A stretch of DNA of 63,441 nt, filler included, from Thermodesulfobacteriota bacterium (GTDB lineage Bacteria; DASVDK01), in assembly GCA_036381125.1 (NCBI GenBank). It is 5 parts of 5 records of this genome, joined end to end, with 100 filler letters (N's around TTAATTAATTAA, not from the genome) between each part and the next. Parts side by side here need not be neighbours in the genome. Positions count along the whole stretch, not along the records: positions 1 to 31,914 come from DASVDK010000280.1; 4 more parts are not named here. One strand, given 5' to 3'. A program made the translations under genes and the position numbers. Each line of letters starts with the position of its first letter. The first letter of the stretch is position 1. Positions 1-7,651 of the stretch are shown in pieces. Under the pieces are notes generated by a model. It saw only the letters and a program-made list of their open reading frames with translations. It was not told the origin of the DNA and did not search any database.

Positions 1-578
1 AGGTAGAGGGCCTCCCACATGCGCGAGAGGTAGGTGCCGCTCGGGATGTCGAGGAGCCCGACGGCGACGACGTAGCCGCCCAGGATCCCGATCACGTCGC
101 AGATCACGGTGAGCAGCGGGACCATCGCCACGCCGGCCACGATCCGCGGCGTCACCAGGTAGTTGACCGGCGACACGGCCATGGTGGCGAGGGCGTCGAT
201 CTGCTCGGTGATCCGCATGGTGCCGAGTTCGGCGGCCATGGCGCTGCCCGCCCGCGCCGCCACCATGAGGCTCGTCAGGACCGGCCCCAGCTCGCGCGTC
301 ATGCTGAGCGCCACCGCGACGCTCACGAGCGACTCGGCGGTGAAGAGGCGGAAGGCGTGGAAGGACTGGAGGGCCAGCACCGCGCCGGTGAAGCCGCCCG
401 TCAGGATCACCACGAAGAGCGACTGCACCCCCACGAACTCGGCCTGTTTGAGCATCACGCCGATCCGGAACGGGGGCCGGACGAGCCAGCCGAACGCGTC
501 GAACAGGAGGAGCGCGATCCGGCCGACGTCCTCGATCGCGACGATGACCCCGCGGCCGAGCCGCTCGATCAGGACCAT
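1..578 (-). CDS. mlaE: MlaE family ABC transporter permease (3' end runs off window)
   Basis: Manual translation MVLIERLGRG...RELGPVLTSLMVAARAGSAMAAELGTMRITEQIDALATMAVSPVNYLVTPR is the MlaE signature; ATG overlaps alr stop (TGATG). Confidence 0.9.
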   Translation of the reverse strand, partial: MVLIERLGRGVIVAIEDVGRIALLLFDAFGWLVRPPFRIGVMLKQAEFVGVQSLFVVILTGGFTGAVLALQSFHAFRLFTAESLVSVAVALSMTRELGPVLTSLMVAARAGSAMAAELGTMRITEQIDALATMAVSPVNYLVTPRIVAGVAMVPLLTVICDVIGILGGYVVAVGLLDIPSGTYLSRMWEALY

Positions 579-1765
579 CAGCGCCGGCCCAGGTAGCGCC
601 GCGGGACCCGGGGCCCCACCCCGCAGAAGAGCGCGTAGGCGACGGTGCCGGCCAGCGCCGCCACCTCCTCGGCCGCCAGCGAGACGTCGCCCTGGCGCCC
701 GAACCAGAGCACGGGATCGCCGATGCGGACCTCCGGAAGGTCCGTCACGTCGAGCATCGTCCAGTCCATGCAGACCCGTCCGGCGATCGGCGCGCGGCGC
801 CCGCCGACGAGCGCCGCCCCCACGCCCGAAAGCTGCCGCGGCAGCCCGTCCGCGTAGCCGGTCGGGACCACGGCGACGCGCGTCGGGCGGGTGGCCCGAA
901 AGGTGCGGCCGTACGACACCGTGTCGCCCGGCGCCAGGTCGCGCAGCCCCGTCACCGCCGAGAGGAGCGACATCACCGGCTCGACCAGCGACGGCTCCGG
1001 CGAGTGGGCCCCGTAGAGGGCGATGCCGGCGCGCACCATCGTGCACGCCGGCCAGGCGTCGACGAGCCCGGCCGAGTTGTCGACGTGCCGGTGGACCGGG
1101 GCGTGTCCGAGGGCCCTGACGCGGGCGAGCGCCTCGTCGAGCGCCGCGCGCTGGCCGGCCGTGAAGCGGGCCTCGGTCGGGTCGTCGGCCGCGGCGAGGT
1201 GGCTCATGAGCCCCTCGACGACGACGTTCGGCCGGTGGCGCTCGAGGCGCTCCATGAAGCGCGGCAGCTCCGAGGGGGCCAGGCCGAGGCGATGCATCCC
1301 GGTGTCCACCTTGACGTGGACCGGCACCGGTCGACCCCGGCGGGCGCCGGCCGCGGCGAGGCGCGCCAGCACGCAGGCCGCCGGGTCGGTCGCCTCGGCC
1401 CCCGGGCCGTCGGCCGGCAGCGAGTGGACGACCGGCGTGAGGTCCGCCGCCACGGCCGCCTCGACCTCGTCCGGGTAGAGCCCCCCCAGGACGAGGATCG
1501 GCCCGGTGTCGCCCGCCTGCCGCAGGCGGAGGCCCTCGTCGGCGGTGGCAACGCCGAGCCAGGGGGCGCCCGCCTCTCGCGCGGCACGCGCCACCTCCGC
1601 GGCCCCGTGGCCGTAGGCATCGGCCTTCACCACCGCCATGACCGGGCGGGACGCCCGACGCGCGAGCGCGCGCAGGTTGCGGCCGAGGGCCGCGAGGTCG
1701 ATCTCGGCCCTGGTCGGCCGTCCGCCCAGCACGGCGGCCGCGGCGCCCGCGTCCCCGATCCGCAT
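578..1765 (-). CDS. alr: Alanine racemase
   Basis: AVVKADAYGHG PLP-lysine motif, HVKVDTGMHRLG, GYADG, GRVCMD. Confidence 0.95.
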   Translation of the reverse strand: MRIGDAGAAAAVLGGRPTRAEIDLAALGRNLRALARRASRPVMAVVKADAYGHGAAEVARAAREAGAPWLGVATADEGLRLRQAGDTGPILVLGGLYPDEVEAAVAADLTPVVHSLPADGPGAEATDPAACVLARLAAAGARRGRPVPVHVKVDTGMHRLGLAPSELPRFMERLERHRPNVVVEGLMSHLAAADDPTEARFTAGQRAALDEALARVRALGHAPVHRHVDNSAGLVDAWPACTMVRAGIALYGAHSPEPSLVEPVMSLLSAVTGLRDLAPGDTVSYGRTFRATRPTRVAVVPTGYADGLPRQLSGVGAALVGGRRAPIAGRVCMDWTMLDVTDLPEVRIGDPVLWFGRQGDVSLAAEEVAALAGTVAYALFCGVGPRVPRRYLGRR

Positions 1766-1773
1766 AGGCCGCT

Positions 1774-1802
1774 AATCTAGCCCAGCGCCCCCTCGAACGC
1801 AA
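1774..1802 (-). promoter_or_regulatory. Putative sigma70 promoter for alr (near-leaderless)
   Basis: Minus strand TTGCGT-N17-TAGATT, 8 nt before the ATG, no SD. Confidence 0.45.
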
Positions 1803-1894
1803 AGCGAGAGCGGCCATGATCCACGGGATATCTTGCACTTATCGCCGTCGGGCCGCCGGCGCGCGCCGCAGCGGCGCGCGCCGGGGGCTTCGGC

Positions 1895-1920
1895 TGTCAC
1901 AGGACGCCGCGTCGGACGTC
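1895..1920 (+). promoter_or_regulatory. ECF41-type promoter upstream of the sigma gene
   Basis: TGTCACA-N15-CGTC; ECF41 consensus is TGTCACA-N16-CGTC. Confidence 0.55.
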
Positions 1921-1956
1921 TTCGATCCGGGCGCGGACCAAGGGGCGCAAGCGCGC

Positions 1957-2538
1957 ATGGAAGGCTTCGAGGCGTATCGTGACCGCCTGCTCGGGGCGGC
2001 CTACCGCATGCTCGGCTCCCGCGCCGAGGCCGAGGACGTCGTGCAGGAAGCCTACCTGCGCTGGCACCAGGCCGATCGCGAGGCGATCCGCAACCCCGAG
2101 GCCTGGCTCGTGACGGCCGTCACCCGGCTCGCCATCGATCGCCTGCGCGCCCTCCTCGGGCTCTTCGCCCCCGACGCCGCCTGGACCGCCGACGGCGGCG
2201 GCCGCGTGCCCGCGAGCCGCCGGGTGATCGTCGGCGCCGAGCGGATCGCGAGGCTCCTCCTCGGGCTCGGCAAGTCGTTCTATCGGGGCGAGGTCACCCG
2301 GGAGGTCGTGACCATCAACGGCGAGGCCGGGCTCGTCGTCCGGGTCGACGGCCGCATCAGGTCGACGATCTCCATCGCCACCGATGGGGAGCGGATCCTG
2401 GCGGGGTACACGGTCGTCAACCCCGACAAGCTGCCGCGCCCCTTCCCCGACGGCCGGCTCGGGAGGGGGACCGAACTCGAGCAGCCCGCCGCCGGGGAGA
2501 GCGGCCCGCCGCCGGGGATGGAAAATGGAAAGACCTGA
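1957..2538 (+). CDS. ECF41 (SigJ-like) sigma factor with in-frame loss of linker and sigma4; possible pseudogene
   Basis: Sigma2 (AYRMLGSRAEAEDVVQEAYLRW...AWLVTAVTRLAIDRLR) joined directly to the SnoaL-like extension (DGGG, NPDKL); no WLPEP or sigma4 HTH. Confidence 0.8.
   Translation: MEGFEAYRDRLLGAAYRMLGSRAEAEDVVQEAYLRWHQADREAIRNPEAWLVTAVTRLAIDRLRALLGLFAPDAAWTADGGGRVPASRRVIVGAERIARLLLGLGKSFYRGEVTREVVTINGEAGLVVRVDGRIRSTISIATDGERILAGYTVVNPDKLPRPFPDGRLGRGTELEQPAAGESGPPPGMENGKT
2479..2518 (+). repeat. Tandem 20-bp duplication
   Basis: GAGCAGCCCGCCGCCGGGGA then GAGCGGCCCGCCGCCGGGGA (19/20 identical). Confidence 0.8.
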
Positions 2539-2567
2539 CCCCGTGGAAAATGGAAAGACCTGACCCC
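2519..2567 (+). repeat. Two tandem copies of a 24-bp REP-like repeat
   Basis: TGGAAAATGGAAAGACCTGACCCC at 2519-2542 and 2544-2567; identical copy at 36944-36967. Confidence 0.9.
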
Positions 2568-2577
2568 CGGCTGCGGA

Positions 2578-2604
2578 TGTCACATCGCGCCCCCCGCCCG
2601 CGTC
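2578..2604 (+). promoter_or_regulatory. ECF41-dependent promoter of the CMD gene
   Basis: Exact TGTCACA-N16-CGTC upstream of a CMD/AhpD gene, the classic ECF41 target. Confidence 0.75.
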
Positions 2605-2638
2605 TTCCGGGTGAATGACCACAGGGAGGAATCCAACC

Positions 2639-3115
2639 GTGACCCCACGCATCGACCTGAGCAAGTACCACTCGACGGGCCTCGTCCGCGCCATGCTGGC
2701 GCTGCAGCGCGAGGTGGAGGCGAGCGGCCTCGAGCACCGGCTGCTCGAGCTCGTCAAGATCCGGGCCTCGCAGATGAACGGCTGCGCCTACTGCATCGAC
2801 ATGCACACCAAGGACGCCCGGGCGCAGGGCGAGACGGAGCAGCGGATCTACGCCCTCGACGCCTGGCGCGAGACCCCCTTCTTCACCGACCGGGAACGGG
2901 CGGCGCTCGCCTGGACCGAGGCGGTCACGAACCTCGCCGACGGTCACGTCCCGGACGAGGTGTACGAGGAGGCTCGCCGGCACTTCAACGAGCCCGAACT
3001 CGTGGCCCTCACCTTCGCCGTCGTGGCGATCAACGGCTGGAACCGCCTGTCGATCCCCTTCCGAAAGGTCCCCGGCAGCTACCAGCCGCGCACGGCGGCC
3101 GCCACCTCCGCCTGA
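2639..3115 (+). CDS. Carboxymuconolactone decarboxylase/AhpD family protein
   Basis: ELVKIRASQMNGCAYCIDMH, ERAALAWTEAVT, AINGWNR; GTG start after GGAGG. Confidence 0.9.
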   Translation: MTPRIDLSKYHSTGLVRAMLALQREVEASGLEHRLLELVKIRASQMNGCAYCIDMHTKDARAQGETEQRIYALDAWRETPFFTDRERAALAWTEAVTNLADGHVPDEVYEEARRHFNEPELVALTFAVVAINGWNRLSIPFRKVPGSYQPRTAAATSA

Positions 3116-3176
3116 GGCGTCGCGCGAGGGGTGTCGTCCGGCTGCGGCTCGCCCACGGCGGCGGGTGACGGTCGGG

Positions 3177-3205
3177 TTGACACCCCCTCGCGCGAGCGCT
3201 AGCCT
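3177..3205 (+). promoter_or_regulatory. Sigma70 promoter of thi operon
   Basis: TTGACA-N17-TAGCCT just upstream of the riboswitch. Confidence 0.7.
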
Positions 3206-3216
3206 TTCGGCACATA

Positions 3217-3322
3217 TCGCTGGGGGAGTGCTCGCGGCCCGAGGCGGCCGCCCGCGCTGAGAGTCCCGCGGAGGGACGACCCTTCGAACCTGATCCGGGT
3301 CATGCCGGCGTAGGGAAGCGAC
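3217..3322 (+). promoter_or_regulatory. TPP riboswitch (THI element)
   Basis: GGGGAGTGC...CTGAGA...GACCCTTCGAACCTGATCCGGGTCATGCCGGCGTAGGGAAG upstream of thiS. Confidence 0.95.
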
Positions 3323-3341
3323 CTGAATCCAGTGTGGAATC

Positions 3342-3372
3342 AAGCCGTGTCCCAGCCGGGCACGGCTTTTTT
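3342..3372 (+). terminator. Intrinsic terminator (riboswitch expression platform)
   Basis: AAGCCGTGTCCC-AGCC-GGGCACGGCTT hairpin followed by T-tract. Confidence 0.8.
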
Positions 3373-3388
3373 CGTTGGAGCCGCTCGC

Positions 3389-3595
3389 GTGGCGCTGACC
3401 ATCACTCTGAACGGCGAGCCGTACACCCTCGAGGGGCCGGCCACCCTCGCCGCGCTCCTCGAACGGCTCGAGATCCACCCGCAGACCGTCGCGGTGGAGC
3501 TGAACCAGGACATCGTCCGGCGCGACCGCCTGGCCGAGACGCCGCTTGCCGAGGGGGACAGGGTCGAGGTCGTGCGGATGATCGGCGGAGGCTAG
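3389..3595 (+). CDS. thiS: Sulfur carrier protein ThiS
   Basis: ITLNGE...VAVELNQDIV...GDRVEVVRMIGGG with C-terminal GG; precedes thiG. Confidence 0.9.
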   Translation: MALTITLNGEPYTLEGPATLAALLERLEIHPQTVAVELNQDIVRRDRLAETPLAEGDRVEVVRMIGGG

Positions 3596-3598
3596 ACC

Positions 3599-4372
3599 AT
3601 GAACGACACCTTCCGCCTGGCCGGCCGCGAGTACCGCTCGCGCCTCATCGTCGGCACCGGCAAGTACGCCACCATGGAGCAGATGGTCGAGGCGCTCGAC
3701 GCGTCGGGCACCGAGATCGTCACCGTGGCGATCCGGCGCGTGAACCTCGCCGACCGCTCCCGGAAGTCGCTGCTCGACTACCTCGACCTCTCGCGGTACA
3801 CGCTCCTGCCGAACACCGCCGGCTGCTACACGGCCGAGGAGGCGGTGCGCGTGGCGCGCCTCGCGCGGGAGGCGACCGGATCGAGCCTCGTCAAGCTCGA
3901 GGTCATCGGCGACCAGCGCACCCTCTTCCCCGACAACGAGCAGACCCTCGTCGCCGCACGGCAGCTCGTGCAGGAAGGCTTCACGGTCCTTCCCTACTGC
4001 ATCGACGACCCGATCGTCTGCCGGAAGCTCGAGGAGATCGGCTGCGCCGCCGTCATGCCGCTCGCGGCGCCCATCGGATCCGGCCTCGGCATCAGGAACC
4101 CGCACAACATCCGGATCATCCTCGAGTTCGCGAAGGTGCCGGTCATCGTGGACGCCGGCGTCGGCCAGGCGTCCGACGCCGCCTACGCCATGGAGCTCGG
4201 CGTCGACGCCGTCCTCATGAACACCGCCATCGCCGGCGCGAAGGAGCCGGTCCTCATGGCCGAGGCCATGAAGGCGGCCGTCGAGGCGGGACGCAAGTCG
4301 TTCCTCGCCGGGCGGATCCCGCGCAAGCTCTACGCCCAGGCGTCGAGCCCCATCGAGGGGATGATCGAGTAG
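3599..4372 (+). CDS. thiG: Thiazole synthase
   Basis: [43 protein letters not shown]. Confidence 0.97.
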   Translation: MNDTFRLAGREYRSRLIVGTGKYATMEQMVEALDASGTEIVTVAIRRVNLADRSRKSLLDYLDLSRYTLLPNTAGCYTAEEAVRVARLAREATGSSLVKLEVIGDQRTLFPDNEQTLVAARQLVQEGFTVLPYCIDDPIVCRKLEEIGCAAVMPLAAPIGSGLGIRNPHNIRIILEFAKVPVIVDAGVGQASDAAYAMELGVDAVLMNTAIAGAKEPVLMAEAMKAAVEAGRKSFLAGRIPRKLYAQASSPIEGMIE

Positions 4373-4383
4373 ACTGACGGGAT

Positions 4384-5049
4384 ATGCCCCGGCTCGACTT
4401 CCGGCTCTACCTCGTGACCGACCGGAAGGCCGCGGAGGCGGCCGGTCGAACCCTTCCGGCCGTCCTCGGCGCCGCGCTCGCCCGGGCCGCCGCGCGGGGC
4501 GTGCGCGTCGGCGTGCAACTCAGGGAGAAGGACCTCGACGGCGGGCCGCTCCTGGCCCTGGCCCGCGAGGCCCGCGCCGTCACGCGCGACCACGGCGCCC
4601 GCCTCCTCGTGAACGACCGGCTCGACGTGGCGGTCGCGGCCGAGGCCGACGGCGTGCACCTGCCGGCGCGCGGGCTGCCCCCCGACGCGGCCCGCAAGCT
4701 CCTCGCCGCCACGGGCCTCATCGGCGTCTCGACCCACTCGGCCGCCGAGGCGGCGGCCGCGCGCGACCGGGGCGCCGACTTCGTGGTGCTCGGTCCGGTG
4801 TACGAGCCTGCGTCCAAGCGGGCCGCCGGCCCGCCGCTCGGCGTGGCGGCCCTCGCCGGCGCGGTGGGCGAGGCCGGCCTGCCGGTGCTGGCGCTGGGCG
4901 GGCTCACGCCCGAGCGGGTGGCGGAGGTCGTGCAGGCCGGCGCGCACGGCGTCGCCTGCATCGGCGCCGTCATGGGCGCGTCCGACCCGGCCGCGGCGGT
5001 CGACCGCTTCCTCGACGCGCTCGAGGCGCACACCGGGGCCCCGGCATGA
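4384..5049 (+). CDS. thiE: Thiamine-phosphate synthase family (ThiE/TenI)
   Basis: LYLVTD, VQLREK, VNDRLDVA, GVHL, GVSTHS, ALGG. Confidence 0.85.
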   Translation: MPRLDFRLYLVTDRKAAEAAGRTLPAVLGAALARAAARGVRVGVQLREKDLDGGPLLALAREARAVTRDHGARLLVNDRLDVAVAAEADGVHLPARGLPPDAARKLLAATGLIGVSTHSAAEAAAARDRGADFVVLGPVYEPASKRAAGPPLGVAALAGAVGEAGLPVLALGGLTPERVAEVVQAGAHGVACIGAVMGASDPAAAVDRFLDALEAHTGAPA

Positions 5050-5243
5050 CCGCGCGACCCCTTCTCGTCTGCCGCGCCTGCGGCTACTCCGGCAAGATGA
5101 CCCCCTTCGGCCGCCAGCCGAAGCAGCTCCTCTTCCGCGCCTGCCTCTGGCTCCTCGTCCTGCTCCCCGGCTACCTCTACGACTTCGCGATCAGGGACCG
5201 CTACATCTGCAAGCGGTGCAAGGCCGAGGTGTACGCGCGCTGA
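5046..5243 (+). CDS. Small CxxC-hydrophobic-CxxC (LITAF-like zinc ribbon) protein
   Basis: CRAC, hydrophobic LLFRACLWLLVLLPGYLY, CKRC; ATGA overlap with thiE. Confidence 0.65.
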   Translation: MTARPLLVCRACGYSGKMTPFGRQPKQLLFRACLWLLVLLPGYLYDFAIRDRYICKRCKAEVYAR

Positions 5244-5246
5244 GTC

Positions 5247-5885
5247 TCAGTCCCGAAGGGCGCGGCGCGCCTCGCGACCGAGCGCTCGGGCGACGGCGCG
5301 GAAGAACGGCCGGCCCCACAGGCCGACCGACAGCGCCGCGCCGAAGAGCACCACGGCGTCGATGCTCTCCCGCCCTTCGCGCGTCCAGTACACGTCCTCG
5401 AGGCGCAGCCAGAGCGCGAACTCGTCCAGCGTGAGGGCCGCCCCGATGCCGTAGAGGGCGGCCGTGAGCTTCGACGTCCGCGGCGACGAGCCGTCCGCGC
5501 CGGTCCCCACCTGGACGAGCCAGCAGTACCCGACGGCGAGCAACAGCAGGATTCCCCAGACCAGGTGGTGCACGTGGGTGCCGCCGACGGCGAGGTCCCG
5601 GAAGGGACCGACCTGGTCGCGGATGGCGTGGGTGATGCCCCGGACGGTGCCGAAGGCGACGAAGAAGCCGAGAGACGCCAGGAAGAGTCGCTCCCGGCGC
5701 TGATCGCGGAAGTACTGCCGGTAGTAGGCCGCGGGCGACCCGGGTAATCGCACGGCAAGGTAGCCGAGCATCAGGCCCACGCCCGCGGCGATCAGGCACG
5801 TCGCCGCCGCCACGATCCAGAAGGGGTTCGTCGTCCGCTCCCTCCGACCTGCCGCGGGCTCGACGGCCGGACCGACCGGCAACAC
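5247..5885 (-). CDS. Hypothetical multi-pass membrane protein (start uncertain)
   Basis: Several TM segments, HVHHLVWGILLL and GAALTLDEFALWLRLEDVYW motifs. Confidence 0.7.
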   Translation of the reverse strand: MLPVGPAVEPAAGRRERTTNPFWIVAAATCLIAAGVGLMLGYLAVRLPGSPAAYYRQYFRDQRRERLFLASLGFFVAFGTVRGITHAIRDQVGPFRDLAVGGTHVHHLVWGILLLLAVGYCWLVQVGTGADGSSPRTSKLTAALYGIGAALTLDEFALWLRLEDVYWTREGRESIDAVVLFGAALSVGLWGRPFFRAVARALGREARRALRD

Positions 5886-6065
5886 GATCCCGACGACCTG
5901 TCCTTGAGGATACGTCCTCCGCGCGACTCGCGCGCGACCGGCCTCGTTGTCGACGACCGCCGCGGTATCCCATCGCGGGGCCACCTGGGGCGTCCCCGCC
6001 ACAGGCCCCGAGGGTCCGGGCGCCGCAACGGGGCCTCCGCACAGCGCTTTTCCCGGCAGGCCGCA

Positions 6066-6081
6066 CGGCACGGGCCTTGCG
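6066..6081 (+). promoter_or_regulatory. Candidate sigma54 (-24/-12) promoter for efflux operon
   Basis: CGGCACG-GGCC-TTGCG, GG-N10-GC spacing. Confidence 0.4.
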
Positions 6082-6178
6082 AACGCCTCGCGCGAGAGAG
6101 GCGCCGCATGAGGACCCTGGACGTGGCGAGCCGCCGGCGGCGCGGCCCGGCGGCACCGGAAGCGGGCCGAGTGCCGAC

Positions 6179-7651
6179 GTGATCCGCACAGCAGGGCTCG
6201 GCCTCGTCGCAGCCGTCGGCGTCGCGGCCGCCGGCTGCGCCGCGGTCGGGCCCGACTACGCGCCGCCGGAGCCGGCCGTCCCTTCGGTCTGGCACGCCGA
6301 GCTCGCGCCGGGCGTGTCGACGGCGGTCGAGGAGCCGGAGGCGCTCGGCCGCTGGTGGGCAACCCTGGACGATCCGGTGCTGACGCGGCTCGTCGAGCGA
6401 GCCGTGGCGGGCAACCTCGAGCTGAAGCGGGCGCAGGCGCGCGTCCGCGAGGCGCGGGCGCGCCGCCGCCAGGTCGCGGCCGACTATCTCCCGAGCCTCG
6501 ACGCGAGCGCGTCGGTCAACCGCCAGCGCTCGAGCGAGGAGACCGGCGCGGGCGGTGCGAGCGGCCCCGGCTTCGCGATCGGCCCGGACACGACGCGGAC
6601 GCTCTACTCGACCGGCTTCGACGCGAGCTGGGAGCTCGACCTCTTCGGCGGCTCCCGGCGCGCCGTCGAGGCGGCGACCGCCAGCCTGCAGGCGAGCCAG
6701 GAGGACCTGCGGCACACGCTGGTGAGCCTCCTGTCGGAGGTCGGGCAGAACTACGTCGACGTGCGGACCACGCAGGCGCGGATCGCGATCGCCGAACGGA
6801 ACCTCGACGTGCAGCGGGAGACCTACGAGATCGCGCGCTTCCGCTTCGAGGCCGGCCTGGTCACGCAGCTCGACGTCGAGCAGGCCCGGTACAACCTGGA
6901 GCAGACGAGCGCCGCGATCCCGGCGCTCCGGATCCAGCTCGCCGAGGCGCGGCACCGGCTCGCGGTCCTCCTGGGGGACCAGCCGGGCTCCCTCGACGCG
7001 GAGCTGGCCGCCGCGGCGGCGGTCCCCGACGTGCCGGCCGGCGTGGCGATCGGCGTCCCGGCGGGCGTGCTGCGCCGCCGGCCCGACGTGCGGCGCGCGG
7101 AGCGCGAGCTGGCCGCACAGACGGCCCGGGTCGGCGTCGCGACCGCCGAGCTCTACCCCGCCTTCTCCCTGATCGGGTCGATCGGGCTCGAGGCGCTGTC
7201 CCTCTCGAACCTCTTCACGGCCTCCGCGCGAACGGCCGCCCTGGGCGCGACCGGGCTCTGGACGGTGTTCGACGCCGGCCGCCTTCGCGCGAACGTCCGG
7301 ATCGAGTCGGCGCTCCAGGAGCAGGCCCTGCTCGCGTACGAGTCCGCCGTGCGAACGGCGCTGGAGGAGACCGAGAACGCGCTGGTGGCGTTCGCGGAGG
7401 AACAGGCGCGCCGCTCGGCCCTGCGCGCAGGGACCGCGGCGGCCGAGCGCGCCGCCACGCTCGCGCGGCAGCAGTACGAATCGGGGCTCCTGGACTTCCA
7501 GCAGGTCCTGGACGCCCAGCGGACGCTCCTGTCGCTCCAGGACCAGCTCGCGGCGAGCGAGGGGGCGGTCGTCTCGAACCTGATCGCCCTCTACAAGGCG
7601 CTCGGCGGCGGCTGGACGCCGGGCGCGGCCGGATCGGACGGTACGCCATGA
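6179..7651 (+). CDS. Efflux outer-membrane factor lipoprotein (NodT/TolC family)
   Basis: Lipobox AAGC then VGPDY, SWELDLFG, LRRRPDVRRAER, LYKALGGGW. Confidence 0.92.
   Translation: MIRTAGLGLVAAVGVAAAGCAAVGPDYAPPEPAVPSVWHAELAPGVSTAVEEPEALGRWWATLDDPVLTRLVERAVAGNLELKRAQARVREARARRRQVAADYLPSLDASASVNRQRSSEETGAGGASGPGFAIGPDTTRTLYSTGFDASWELDLFGGSRRAVEAATASLQASQEDLRHTLVSLLSEVGQNYVDVRTTQARIAIAERNLDVQRETYEIARFRFEAGLVTQLDVEQARYNLEQTSAAIPALRIQLAEARHRLAVLLGDQPGSLDAELAAAAAVPDVPAGVAIGVPAGVLRRRPDVRRAERELAAQTARVGVATAELYPAFSLIGSIGLEALSLSNLFTASARTAALGATGLWTVFDAGRLRANVRIESALQEQALLAYESAVRTALEETENALVAFAEEQARRSALRAGTAAAERAATLARQQYESGLLDFQQVLDAQRTLLSLQDQLAASEGAVVSNLIALYKALGGGWTPGAAGSDGTP

Noticed and set aside
2479-2567. 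Short repeats as a CRISPR array
   Set aside because: Copies are adjacent (0-1 nt apart) with no spacers and no cas genes
5247-6362. ORF-track long N-terminal extensions (also 6355, 8940, 34548, 35402, 51948 starts)
   Set aside because: Better starts with SD or stop/start overlaps lie downstream; extensions overlap other genes. Only the FtsZ extension has a strong SD and start/stop coupling
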